Below, piece after piece: positions 15,501 to 23,850 of a stretch of 32,000 nucleotides of DNA. The position numbers and the translations under genes are program-made. Position 1 is the stretch's first letter, and each line of letters opens with the position of its first letter. This stretch comes from Telmatocola sphagniphila (GTDB taxonomy: Bacteria; Planctomycetota; Planctomycetia; Gemmatales; Gemmataceae). The DNA lies in assembly GCF_018398935.1 (NCBI RefSeq), contig NZ_CP074694.1, positions 4,080,001 to 4,112,000 of the forward strand. Direction: 5' to 3'. The notes below the pieces were generated by a model. It made no database searches and had not been told where the DNA came from. It saw only the letters and a list, made by a program, of their open reading frames with translations.

Positions 15501-17303
15501 CACGGGCGAAGAGAGCTCCATCTGCTTGATCGGCAAAGCATCTCTTCCATCACTCGTCTTTTGCTGGCCATCTGCAAAACCAGCAGGCTTACCGAGGTAG
15601 GTCATCAGGCTCATGGCCCCCCCTTCTCGATAAGGATCGATCGGAGGATTGGTCACTTCCGCAAAGGTCTGCTGGAGGTACTTGAAGAGCGTCTGATGGT
15701 AGTTCGAGAAGATGGTCAGCACGCGATCGTGCCCCATCGAACTGAGAGGCTCCTTGCGGAGCTTGGCCATTTCCTTAACGAAAACCGCCCTCTGGAAATC
15801 CCAACCGCAGGCTTGCAAAAGGTGATCGAGCGTCCAGTTGCGATGGTTCAACTGCGCTTCCACGGTATCCGAGGTTTGGGCCGTGAAATCGAAGCCTTCG
15901 GGAATAATAATTTCGGCTTTGTTCAATTCGTGAAGATTGGGGTAACTGATCCCGGTCATCTTCCTGCGGGCTTCCAGTTCACCGCTCGACATTTCGGTGA
16001 CGACACGATCCAGAGTCTGGAAGTGGTCGAGCCGTTCGCCGGTCTGCGTATCGATGGCGATCATCTGTCCCGGTTGCAACTGGCCGCTGGCGACAATCGT
16101 GGCATTGTCGAGACCAAAGACTCCCGATTCCGAAGCGATGTACAACCAGCCGCGCTTATCCGACAGCCAACGCACCGGCCTCAAGCCCATTCGATCGACC
16201 AGAGCGACCAGATAACGACCATCGGAAGCGACTAATCCCGCCGGTCCATCCCAGGCCGAGAGCGAACCGTAGGCTCGACGGCAATAGGTGAATGTATCGA
16301 CCGCTTCCGGACCCCAGTAATCGGCTTCGGAATCCCAAACCGGCGGCAAACTCAAGCGCATCGCCCGGAGCAAAGACCAATCGCGTTCCAGCATCAGGTG
16401 TTCAACCCACTCGTCGAGCGAGCCGGAGTCCGACATCCGGGGAGTGAGTAAATCGTTACCGGGTAGTGCAGGGCTGAGGCCGCGTGCATAAGCATGCACG
16501 GCATTGCGATTGGTGCGAATCGTGTTGATTTCGCCATTATGACAGAGAATCCGGAACGGCTGGCCCAGCATCCAGTTCGGATAGGTATTGGTGGAATAGC
16601 GGCGATGGAAATAGGCGATGCCGGTTTCCATGTCGTCCCGTGAAAGATCGGGATAGAACGCTATCGCTTGATCGGACGTTAACAATCCTTTGTAGCTGAT
16701 CACTCGAGTGGATAGCGAGCAAACATATACCTGAAGCTTTTCTTCCTCAAAGCGCTGACGCAATTCCAGTCGACGGCGATAAAGCCACTTCTCGGCGGCG
16801 AAAGCATCTCCTTCGACGCGAATCAGCAATTGTTCGATACTGGAAGGGCAGGATTCCCGAGCTGTCTTCGGGATGGCATCCATGTGAACCGGAACCGGCC
16901 GCCAGCCGAACAGGTAGTAGGGACCGCTTCCCAGCACGTCGCGAATGATTTTCTTGGCGGCTTCGACTCGCTGCGGTTCGCGATCGAGAAAGAAGAACAC
17001 GCCGATAGCGAGTTTGTCTTCTTCCTTCAGAAAGCGGGCTTGGTCGAGTTTATGCCGACGAGCTTCTTCCTTGAAAAAGTTCTGAGGAATTTGCAGGGAG
17101 ACTCCGGCGCCATCGCCAGCTTCACCGCAGATACCACCACGATGTTCGACGGCTTTCAATGCAGTGAGCGTGCGTTTCAAGACTTCCGACGTGGGTTTGC
17201 CGTCTTTAGCAGCTACCCCGCCGATACCGCAGGCGTCTTTACCCACGTCGTCCTGATACAGCAATTCTCGTGACCGCACTAAGGCCAGGCCGGCTTCATT
17301 CAT
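12534..17303 (-). CDS. gltB: Glutamate synthase large subunit (GltB-type, about 1589 aa)
   Basis: The N-terminal Ntn amidotransferase domain has DACGIGGVA. The FMN/Fe-S domain has GCIVCKSCHIPNCPTGI. A C-terminal GXGXG beta-helix domain is present (GNNVGYGGTGGRIYIGGRAG...). The ATG at 17303 (MNEAGLALV) is preceded by GGAGAAGGA, so the 17342 start is probably too long. Confidence 0.93.
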   Translation of the reverse strand: MNEAGLALVRSRELLYQDDVGKDACGIGGVAAKDGKPTSEVLKRTLTALKAVEHRGGICGEAGDGAGVSLQIPQNFFKEEARRHKLDQARFLKEEDKLAIGVFFFLDREPQRVEAAKKIIRDVLGSGPYYLFGWRPVPVHMDAIPKTARESCPSSIEQLLIRVEGDAFAAEKWLYRRRLELRQRFEEEKLQVYVCSLSTRVISYKGLLTSDQAIAFYPDLSRDDMETGIAYFHRRYSTNTYPNWMLGQPFRILCHNGEINTIRTNRNAVHAYARGLSPALPGNDLLTPRMSDSGSLDEWVEHLMLERDWSLLRAMRLSLPPVWDSEADYWGPEAVDTFTYCRRAYGSLSAWDGPAGLVASDGRYLVALVDRMGLRPVRWLSDKRGWLYIASESGVFGLDNATIVASGQLQPGQMIAIDTQTGERLDHFQTLDRVVTEMSSGELEARRKMTGISYPNLHELNKAEIIIPEGFDFTAQTSDTVEAQLNHRNWTLDHLLQACGWDFQRAVFVKEMAKLRKEPLSSMGHDRVLTIFSNYHQTLFKYLQQTFAEVTNPPIDPYREGGAMSLMTYLGKPAGFADGQQKTSDGRDALPIKQMELSSPVVSDAIIEEIRRNEVLAYTTLDATFNLSGGKAALRTALTSLQSAAEKAVHEGYRVLCVSDKESSKMGIVPIPSLLALGAVHTYLCKQGLRDRCSLVVQAADVQEGHDICCLIAFGADAVHPYLMLRIIQNGLTFKEADTKQESTLSARECLENIFAALEDSIKKIIAKMGITTIEGYRGAQLFEAVGFGSELMEFLGEFPSRIGGIQLEHLVEDAAWRVEQAEKMSVLGKHLDYTAFNAKVRMALRDAVKEAYPEPEMGGGESVYTAVPTDNDPEAPKRVADKYVKFTELVQNRTPTVLRDLFLIKLSGQPVKLEEVEPAIHIIRRKFRGAAMSHGALTGASHQTLAAAFNELDGLSNSGEGGEARFRNDMPERAWGEFWDTIRQQRIQNPSIYTLAGELRKSRFRSRIRQVASGRFGVDAEYLINADELQIKMAQGAKPGEGGQLMGKKVTKEIAEIRYGKPGNDLISPPPHHDIYSIEDLAQLIYDLKAIKPGMPVSVKLVAVENIGTIAVGVAKAGADIIEIDGIDGGTGAAMISSKEHAGLPSEMGLAEAHQALVVNGLRKAVTLRVGGGIKNGYDVVKYALFGADEFSFGQALMVSVGCIVCKSCHIPNCPTGITGSMEKYHGHPEHTKAYLYSVAEEVRKLLANMGFTKLEQIVGRGDLLLKNPSMKGRATLVDVSRFVRTDMALTNLLEKYPQDLQPGGVCSTGVGFGPERSLNEKIVAAAQDAVDACMSSELMFRIRNSDRSVGATLAGRIAMLYGREGMPNNRRIAVNFEGEAGQSFGAWNLNSMELKLNGFAQDGVAKGISGGTVTVTLDYERTDYGNQIQSVAGNNVGYGGTGGRIYIGGRAGHRLGIRNSGAVIVAEAAGKYACEYMTRGKVLILGAIENEVGSGMTGGELFIFDPKNELPGKLHSKSVALVDCNYVDYEWIHPLMDHYYSLTRSRSAEKILKDWTEIRRGKKLKKVVPLAVARKMEDYAATGTNAG

Positions 17304-17511
17304 CGCAGTAGTCCTTCTCCCTTTCATGGAAGCTCGAAACAACGGAACAAGGAAAGATTGGTAATTTTACTAACTAGCCAAACAATGTGAAAGAGCGTCT
17401 AGGATTTTGGGGGTTCACTGGACAAGAAATCGATTCCAAAAAATAGGTGAGGGTTAAACCGAAATGGCTCCAGGGCATTAACAGGACGCTAAGTGCGAAA
17501 CGAGAGTTAAT

Positions 17512-18075
17512 TTACTTCATCCTCTCCCGGACCAGTTTGCTGACCGCTTTGAATTGCGGATGCTTGGCATCCTCCAGCCATTCAAACGCCGTGGTTTCCA
17601 CACTGGTGAGTATCGCACCGGCACTTTCCAGCCTGCGCAAAGCCACTTCGTGATCCAGCGAAAAACGGGATTGCACCCCATCCACGGGGATGAATACCAA
17701 ATAGTCCCGATCGATCAGATCCAGAACGGTTTGAAGCACACAAACGTGGCTTTCCATTCCGGTGACTATCACTTTAGGTCGCCCAAAGTGATTCAAAGTC
17801 GGCAGAAACTCGCCGGGTCCACAACAACTGAACTGCGTCTTGGCACTTATCGGACTCGCAATCCTAACCGCAAGAGTCGGATGGGTAGCTCCGAGGCCCT
17901 GAGGATATTGCTCGGTGGCCAGGATGGGCACTTCCAGAAGGCGGGCTACATCCAGAAGAAAGCCGACATCCCGCAGTAAATCACTGGCTTTCGGCATCGC
18001 GGCCAGAAGCTTATCCTGCACATCGATCACTAGCAGAACGGAGTCCTTCGAAGTGATTCGAGGGTTCTTTTTCAT
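17512..18075 (-). CDS. Isochorismatase-family cysteine hydrolase
   Basis: Family pattern: SVLLVIDVQDKLL (Asp), ATEQYPQGLG, and KVIVTGMESHVCVLQTVLDLIDRDY (catalytic Cys context). Confidence 0.85.
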   Translation of the reverse strand: MKKNPRITSKDSVLLVIDVQDKLLAAMPKASDLLRDVGFLLDVARLLEVPILATEQYPQGLGATHPTLAVRIASPISAKTQFSCCGPGEFLPTLNHFGRPKVIVTGMESHVCVLQTVLDLIDRDYLVFIPVDGVQSRFSLDHEVALRRLESAGAILTSVETTAFEWLEDAKHPQFKAVSKLVRERMK

Positions 18076-18105
18076 TTAGCAGAGTCCAAAAAGATTTGGC
18101 CGGTT

Positions 18106-18420
18106 TCACCAAACGCCCGCTTTAAAGCGGAGATCGTTGAGGGTAATGCCCTGAAGATTTTTTCTCAGCGATTCGAGCAGCTTTCGTTTGTGGAATTGAG
18201 CGAGTTCCTGCATCAAGACAGCCGAGCGTACCTCGATTTCCAGCACGCCGCGGCGAATATTCAAAGGCCGGGCGTGGGCTTTGTACTCTTCGTCTATAGA
18301 AGCTTCGAAGGCGCGCTCCAGCCGCAGGCGGTCCTGCTTGCGGCCAAAGCCCCGGGCGGCAAAAAGGCGGGCAAGAATATCGCCGAGCGGTTCCGGGCCG
18401 CTCGGTTCCGGTTTTTTCAT
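18106..18420 (-). CDS. DUF721 / DciA-like protein
   Basis: A 104-aa protein with the DUF721 pattern: LGDILARLF...A..LNIRRGVLEIEVRSAVLMQELAQFHKRKLLESLRKNL..ITLNDLRFK. It starts 9 nt after the upstream gene's stop. Confidence 0.65.
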   Translation of the reverse strand: MKKPEPSGPEPLGDILARLFAARGFGRKQDRLRLERAFEASIDEEYKAHARPLNIRRGVLEIEVRSAVLMQELAQFHKRKLLESLRKNLQGITLNDLRFKAGVW

Positions 18421-18429
18421 AGGATTCGA

Positions 18430-19437
18430 TTACGCCTTGCTGCTGACGTTTACGTAGGCATGCACATGAGGTAACACGCGGTAGTTCCATATGAAGCCAG
18501 GGCCTTCCAGGCGCCAGAAGCTCCACGGCTGCTTTTCATTCGTCTTGGCACCTTCACTTTCATCGGTGTAGAAAGCAAAGCGGATTTTTTCCATGCCTCC
18601 GGTGCGTTTGATGATGGCCATCACTTCATCGACATCCTCTTTCCGGTAAGGGGAAAGTATGGTCCTCATCACGCTATCCACCAGTTTAATCTCGTCCGCC
18701 GTCATCTCAGCGGTGGCCAGACCAGCGGGGGTATGCTTGCGGGCTTCCTTGAAACTGACCGATTCCTCGTGCTCGCCGGGCGTCCCCATAGTAATGAGAG
18801 CTTTGGAGCGCTGCTTGGCATCGAGTGCCTCGAACAACCTGGCAACTTCACGCGTCTGGTAGTTGAAGATGTTCTTAGAATCGTAGCCCATCGGCGTATG
18901 GCCGTAGTAAATTGGCCCGCCGAAGGCGGTTTCTTCTTCCGAATCGCCATCGCATCGCAACGTAATATGGTGGCCCGAGAAGACGAAAGCGTATTTATCC
19001 TTGGTGGGGTCGCCGAAAATATTGGCTCCGCAATTCTCGAAAGATTTGGAAGCATCCCAAGTGCCATCCCGGCTGAACTGACGATAGCCTTCCTCGCCGC
19101 TGGACATGGCCTTCAGAACGCGAACCACCAACTCCTGCTGAGGTTTCGTGTAGACGTCCTTGATCGGCTTGCCAAGTGCTTTGTTGTACATGCGGCCGCG
19201 AGCTTCGTGATTCCAGGGCAATTGAATATTCTTTTTCTGATCCTCGGAGAGCCCGGCGAAGAGTTCCTTGACCAGTTCCTCGGCCGGATGGATGACTTGC
19301 GGCATCGGTAATTTTTCCGGTTCCGAAGCCAAACTCAGACCCGCTCCCGAAAGCACGGCGGCTCCCGTACCCATCAGACGGACAAAATCTCTGCGATCCA
19401 GATCGACGCATTCGGGGCAATTCAATTTTTCTTGCAT
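18430..19437 (-). CDS. TAT-signal exported protein, DUF3500-like
   Basis: The ATG at 19437 is preceded by AGGAG. A twin-arginine signal is present: DRRDFVRLMGTGAAVLSGAGLSLA. LSEDQKKNIQLPWNHEAR, FVFSGHHITLRC and WSFWRLEGPGFIWNY resemble my recollection of DUF3500 conserved blocks. The family call is tentative. Confidence 0.55.
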   Translation of the reverse strand: MQEKLNCPECVDLDRRDFVRLMGTGAAVLSGAGLSLASEPEKLPMPQVIHPAEELVKELFAGLSEDQKKNIQLPWNHEARGRMYNKALGKPIKDVYTKPQQELVVRVLKAMSSGEEGYRQFSRDGTWDASKSFENCGANIFGDPTKDKYAFVFSGHHITLRCDGDSEEETAFGGPIYYGHTPMGYDSKNIFNYQTREVARLFEALDAKQRSKALITMGTPGEHEESVSFKEARKHTPAGLATAEMTADEIKLVDSVMRTILSPYRKEDVDEVMAIIKRTGGMEKIRFAFYTDESEGAKTNEKQPWSFWRLEGPGFIWNYRVLPHVHAYVNVSSKA

Positions 19438-19879
19438 GGCGGTGACTCCTAAGGAGAGTTTGAGAGACCGATCTGATTCTACTTCGATTTTCTGCAATTA
19501 AGCAAGCGAAAGGATCGGGCTCGGCAATTATGCGCAAGTTTGAGCGAAAGCCCTAAGAGCAATTGCGGACACCCGCTTCCGCCGGAAATAGGCTGTTTCA
19601 GATTAACGTTCCACTCCCAAGGGTTCTCCGATTTAAGGGAGAAGTCGGAGGTACGGAGAGTTTCGAACTTGGGCTTTTCCGCAAAAATTTATCCCTGGAA
19701 CATATTCCGAATTGTCTGGATATTTAAGATTTTTTCATTCTGCAAGTCCATTTAAATTCAGACTTTATAGCAATTTATCCCAATCCAGACTACTAAACAG
19801 TATTGATTTACTTCTATTTCGATATATGTTGCTATTGAGATTCAATCTCATTAACAAAGGGCGTATTCGAGGTAGATTT

Positions 19880-20902
19880 ATGCGATTTAGTTTTCGACGA
19901 AAAAATGCTTTTACCCTCATTGAGCTTCTGGTGGTCATCGCCATCATCGCGTTACTGATCGGCCTGTTGCTGCCAGCAGTGCAGAAAGTCCGCGATGCGG
20001 CCAGCCGACTGAAGTGTCAAAATAATTTGAAGCAGATTGGGCTGGCGATGCATGGCTACATGGACGTGAATAACGGTCTGCCGCCCAACGGTCGATTTAC
20101 TTACAACGGTTCGACGGTTACCCAAACCTCCCCGTGGTCGGCTTTGTCGCGTATTCTGCCATTTATCGAACAGGAAAATCTTTCCAAGGCAATCGACTTC
20201 AACACAAACTACAGCACACAGCCGTTCGTCACTTCCAAACGCATCTCGACTTTCCTTTGCCCGAGTGAGATCAACGACAAAGGCAGTGGCACGGATGCCA
20301 CCTATGGTAATAAAAACTGGACGCTGAATTATGCGGTGAATTTAGGCACTTGGGGCGTGCTAACGAATAAGTCCAAGTCGATGCAAGGTACCGATGGCGC
20401 TTTTTCTCCGAATTTCTGCTACCGTCCTTCAGATTTCATTGATGGCATGAGTAACACTCTCGCCCTGGCCGAGGTGAAAGGGTACACGAATCGGGTGAAC
20501 GGCGCTTCCAATTCCACAACCTATAGTTCACCGCCCCCGCTGCCGAACAGTCCGGTCGATATTACCGCCCTTTCTCTCGCGGCCTTCGATGCGAGCAAAA
20601 ACACCCACGTCGAGTGGGTGGATGGCAAGGTACACGAAACAGGATTCACGAGTATCTTTACGCCGAACACCAAGGTCAATTACAGTGCGAACGGCCAAAT
20701 TTATGACGTGGATTACATTGCCGCCACGGAAGCCAATTTGGGCGACACTTATGCGGCGGTGACGTCTCGAAGTTACCACACTTCGGGTGTAAATGCCGTG
20801 CTAATGGATGGCTCAGTCCGCTTCCTTACCAACTCTATTGCGCTGCAAACCTGGCGCTCCCTCAGCACCCGGGCCAGGGGCGAAGTTCTGGGAGATTATT
20901 AA
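19880..20902 (+). CDS. DUF1559 protein with prepilin-type N-terminal cleavage/methylation domain
   Basis: The ATG at 19880 is preceded by GAGG. The N-terminus is [58 protein letters not shown]. The C-terminal block is SYHTSGVNAVLMDGSVRFLTNSI. Both are typical of planctomycetal DUF1559 proteins. Confidence 0.9.
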   Translation: MRFSFRRKNAFTLIELLVVIAIIALLIGLLLPAVQKVRDAASRLKCQNNLKQIGLAMHGYMDVNNGLPPNGRFTYNGSTVTQTSPWSALSRILPFIEQENLSKAIDFNTNYSTQPFVTSKRISTFLCPSEINDKGSGTDATYGNKNWTLNYAVNLGTWGVLTNKSKSMQGTDGAFSPNFCYRPSDFIDGMSNTLALAEVKGYTNRVNGASNSTTYSSPPPLPNSPVDITALSLAAFDASKNTHVEWVDGKVHETGFTSIFTPNTKVNYSANGQIYDVDYIAATEANLGDTYAAVTSRSYHTSGVNAVLMDGSVRFLTNSIALQTWRSLSTRARGEVLGDY

Positions 20903-20921
20903 TTCGATATCGTATCCAAGT

Positions 20922-20952
20922 GAGTGCGGCCGATTCTCGGTCGCACTCGTTT
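20922..20952 (+). terminator. Hairpin after the first DUF1559 gene (weak T-tract)
   Basis: GAGTGCGGCCGA-TTC-TCGGTCGCACTC forms a 12-bp stem with one G-U pair and a 3-nt loop. It is followed only by GTTTCC. Confidence 0.4.
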
Positions 20953-20973
20953 CCGAGTTAATCGAGATATCCC

Positions 20974-21903
20974 ATGGCAGTCCTTGAATCTGCAGAATTT
21001 CCGCGCCGCTCGTTCAGCAAAAAAACGCTGCAAATACTCCGTCGGCTCCATCTCTATCTGGGGCTTCTGCTCTTCCCCTGGGCTCTGATCTACGGCAGCA
21101 GCGGGCTACTGTTCAACCATCCGGAATTTTTCAACGAACAGCCGCTGCATTACTATGGTGCGAGCGAAATCGCGGGAACTCCCTTGGAGTCTCGCTCACC
21201 CCCTTCCGACATCGCAGCGCAAGTCTTTGAGGTTTTGAAAAGCAGGCTGCCAGATAAGAGTTTGCAACTACTGGATGTGGAGAAGGCAAAATACAGCCGG
21301 GATTTCGCTTTTGCCGTTGTGAATACCACCGATGGACCCTGGAATGCGCTTTTTGAAGTGAATGGGAATGGGGGAACGATCACTAAGCCCAAGCCGACCA
21401 CAAAAAAACCTCCCGAGACTGTCGCCCCTTTCGCTCAGAAAGAGGGAGTACAAGCCGGGGTACCCCTTGGCACGCAGTTCCGGGAAAGTCTCCCGACGAT
21501 TCTGGAACGCAAGGGATTACCATCGGGCGAAGTTCGCATCACTTCCGTTCCCGATCTGCAATTCCCTATGTCGGTCGATGGGGAGCCCTGGCTGGTGAGT
21601 TATAATTCCTTGACAGGAAGCGTCTCTGGAAAGCCGCTGGAAGCCGATTCAGGTCGTTCGCTATCGGCCCGTCAATTTTTGCTTTCTCTTCACAAAGCGC
21701 ATGGCTACCCTTCCGCTCGAACTGCGCGGTGGGGTTGGGCTGTGATTGTCGACATCATGTCCGTTGTGCTGATCTTCTGGGGAGTATCGGGCTTATTCAT
21801 GTGGTGGCAAATCAAATCCACACGAACCTGGGGCCTAATCGTTTGTCTCTCGAGTATGGTACTGGCCACATTGTTAGTGGTAGGAATGTTGAGAGTTCTT
21901 TAG
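20974..21903 (+). CDS. PepSY-associated TM-helix family membrane protein
   Basis: The N-terminal block is LQILRRLHLYLGLLLFPWALIYGSSGLLFNHP. The C-terminal blocks are LSLHKAHGYPS...WAVIVDIMSVVLIFWGVSGLFMWW plus a final TM helix. This is the characteristic PepSY_TM arrangement. Confidence 0.7.
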   Translation: MAVLESAEFPRRSFSKKTLQILRRLHLYLGLLLFPWALIYGSSGLLFNHPEFFNEQPLHYYGASEIAGTPLESRSPPSDIAAQVFEVLKSRLPDKSLQLLDVEKAKYSRDFAFAVVNTTDGPWNALFEVNGNGGTITKPKPTTKKPPETVAPFAQKEGVQAGVPLGTQFRESLPTILERKGLPSGEVRITSVPDLQFPMSVDGEPWLVSYNSLTGSVSGKPLEADSGRSLSARQFLLSLHKAHGYPSARTARWGWAVIVDIMSVVLIFWGVSGLFMWWQIKSTRTWGLIVCLSSMVLATLLVVGMLRVL

Positions 21904-21983
21904 CGGAATTCCGAAATGTCGTTAGGGAATCTGGACTTCAACGCATAAAATTTCCCCCGTAAATGTAACCGTGGAGAAGTTTT

Positions 21984-22661
21984 ATGTGCTTTTCGCCAGA
22001 GGCCAGTTTTACAGTCGGTGCAGGATTGATCCCGGCCGGGCTCTTCTGTATTCGACAAGCAGTGAGAATCAATCCTCGGACGATTTATCTCGCCTGTATT
22101 CCCCTGGTATTCGGGATACAGCAAATTTGCGAAGGCTTCGTCTGGCAGAACATTACCGGTACTGGAGAAAACCTCCGACTGAGCTCGCTGGCATTCTTAT
22201 TTTTCGCGATCGCTTTCTGGCCTTTTTGGTTTCCGTTGGTGGCCGCGATCATGGAACCACCGTCCACAAAGAAATGGCTGTTCTGGGGCTTCGCAATTCT
22301 CAGTACGTTCTGGTTATTCGCCATGTATTTACCGCTGGTATTTGGGCCGTCCGAATTGCTCATCACGCGCGTCGAGCGGCATTCCATCCAGTATTACTAT
22401 CCCGATCTATGGATCTATCAGTATTTGCCGAAGACACCGTTACGGATCATTTACTTTCTCATGGTGGCTCTGCCGATGGCGTTTAGTTCGGAATCTCTGG
22501 GGAAAATCCCAGGTTTGGCGCTGGGAATATCCGCCGGGGTGACAATAGCCCTTTACGATTACGCTTTCGTTTCGGTGTGGTGTTTCTTCGCGGCCGTTTT
22601 GTCCTTTTATCTGGTGATCATGTTTTACCAGCTCCCTAATAAAGAGAAGCCGAGCTTATGA
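21984..22661 (+). CDS. Multi-pass membrane protein, DUF6629-like
   Basis: GGAGAAG lies upstream of the ATG. The N-terminus MCFSPEASFTVGAGLIPAGLFCI resembles my recollection of the DUF6629 N-terminus. There are about 6 hydrophobic segments. The overlapping ORF 21971-22486 in another frame is not hydrophobic or periodic and is rejected. Confidence 0.6.
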   Translation: MCFSPEASFTVGAGLIPAGLFCIRQAVRINPRTIYLACIPLVFGIQQICEGFVWQNITGTGENLRLSSLAFLFFAIAFWPFWFPLVAAIMEPPSTKKWLFWGFAILSTFWLFAMYLPLVFGPSELLITRVERHSIQYYYPDLWIYQYLPKTPLRIIYFLMVALPMAFSSESLGKIPGLALGISAGVTIALYDYAFVSVWCFFAAVLSFYLVIMFYQLPNKEKPSL

Positions 22662-23461
22662 GCATTCCCTATTTTCAGATCGACGCGTTTTCCGATCGAA
22701 TCTTCCACGGCAATCCTGCGGGAGTGTGTTTTCTGCCCGAGTGGCTTCCCGATTCCTTATTGCAAGCGATTGCCGCTGAAAATGGCTTGCCCGAAACGGC
22801 GTTCGTAGTACAGAAATCGGACCATTTTTTATTGCGATGGTTTACGCCGAATCTGGAGATGGATCTTTGCGGCCACGCCACTCTCGCCCCGGCCTACGTC
22901 CTTTTTCAGCACTATGGCTATCCAAAAGACAAGATCGCTTTTGAAACCCGCTCCGGAATATTGACTGTTCGCCGAAAGGCGGATTACTTCGAACTGGACT
23001 TCCCTTCCCGCCCCGCTGTTGCCTGCAATGCCCCGGCCTCACTCCTGGAAGGTTTGGGTATTACAGAGGCTCTATTCATTGGCAAAGCCCGGGACTATCT
23101 GGTCGTACTGCCGGATGAAAAGAGCGTGGCTGAGCTGAATCCGAATTTTCAGGAATTAAAAAAAATCGATACTCTGGGAATCATCACCACGGCTCCTGGA
23201 AAACAAGTCGATTTTGTATCGCGATTTTTCGCGCCGCGAGCCGGAGTCGATGAAGACCCCGTTACCGGCTCCGCTCACAGCACGCTGATTCCCTACTGGT
23301 CCACTCGTCTGGGGAAAACCGTACTAAAGGCGCGACAGATTTCAGCTCGAGGTGGGGAGCTGTTCTGTGAACTCCGGGGTGAACGCGTAGGAATAGGCGG
23401 TAGAGCCACAACCTATATGCAGGGATTTTTGAATATTGATGTATTTCAAGGACAAAAATAA
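22658..23461 (+). CDS. PhzF-family isomerase-like protein
   Basis: The sequence FQIDAFSDRIFHGNPAGVCFL, ETAFVV, LRWFTPNLEMDLCGHATLA, DPVTGSAHSTL matches PhzF/YddE. The start overlaps the upstream stop in ATGA. Confidence 0.9.
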   Translation: MSIPYFQIDAFSDRIFHGNPAGVCFLPEWLPDSLLQAIAAENGLPETAFVVQKSDHFLLRWFTPNLEMDLCGHATLAPAYVLFQHYGYPKDKIAFETRSGILTVRRKADYFELDFPSRPAVACNAPASLLEGLGITEALFIGKARDYLVVLPDEKSVAELNPNFQELKKIDTLGIITTAPGKQVDFVSRFFAPRAGVDEDPVTGSAHSTLIPYWSTRLGKTVLKARQISARGGELFCELRGERVGIGGRATTYMQGFLNIDVFQGQK

Positions 23462-23850
23462 GGGACAACTATATCCGCAAATAAACCGCTTGTGAAAAAA
23501 TCAACAAGATTGAAATGGTGGAGTTCAATCGGTGAAATCGGGAGTTTCCAACAAATTGCGTAAATTCCCTGATCCCTCTCATTCTTATTATTCAGCGAGA
23601 TTTTTATTATTTTCTGCTTCGTGCGCCCCCTCTGAATCCTGATAAATTTCCAATTTGTATTTGACTCCGAAATGAAATCTGTTTACAAGTTAAGTAGCGG
23701 TTTTGTGGCCTAGGTCAGCGTACCGCGATTTACAGATCACCTTCTTGGTCTAAGAACTCAGCTTTAAGGAGCTTTTTCTATTTATCAGGTCGACGCTTGG
23801 TCACTTCGATCAAGACTATGACCGTATACTTTTTACTTTAAGAGGTCTCA

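Noticed and set aside
17360-17380. TGGCTA-N5-TAAA on the minus strand upstream of gltB, considered as a sigma-54 (-24/-12) promoter
   Set aside because: The -12 element lacks the invariant GC (the consensus is TGGCAC-N5-TTGCW). The match is only the GG dinucleotide context and is not supportable.
19640-19665. GTTTCGAAC, a T-loop-like string that prompted a tRNA check
   Set aside because: No flanking acceptor, D or anticodon stems can be formed. No other tRNA-like cloverleaf turned up in any intergenic region.
21971-22486. 171-aa plus-strand ORF overlapping the DUF6629-like gene in another frame
   Set aside because: The alternative frame (21984-22661) gives a coherent multi-pass membrane protein with an SD and a translationally coupled downstream gene. 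This frame gives an Arg-rich, non-hydrophobic product.
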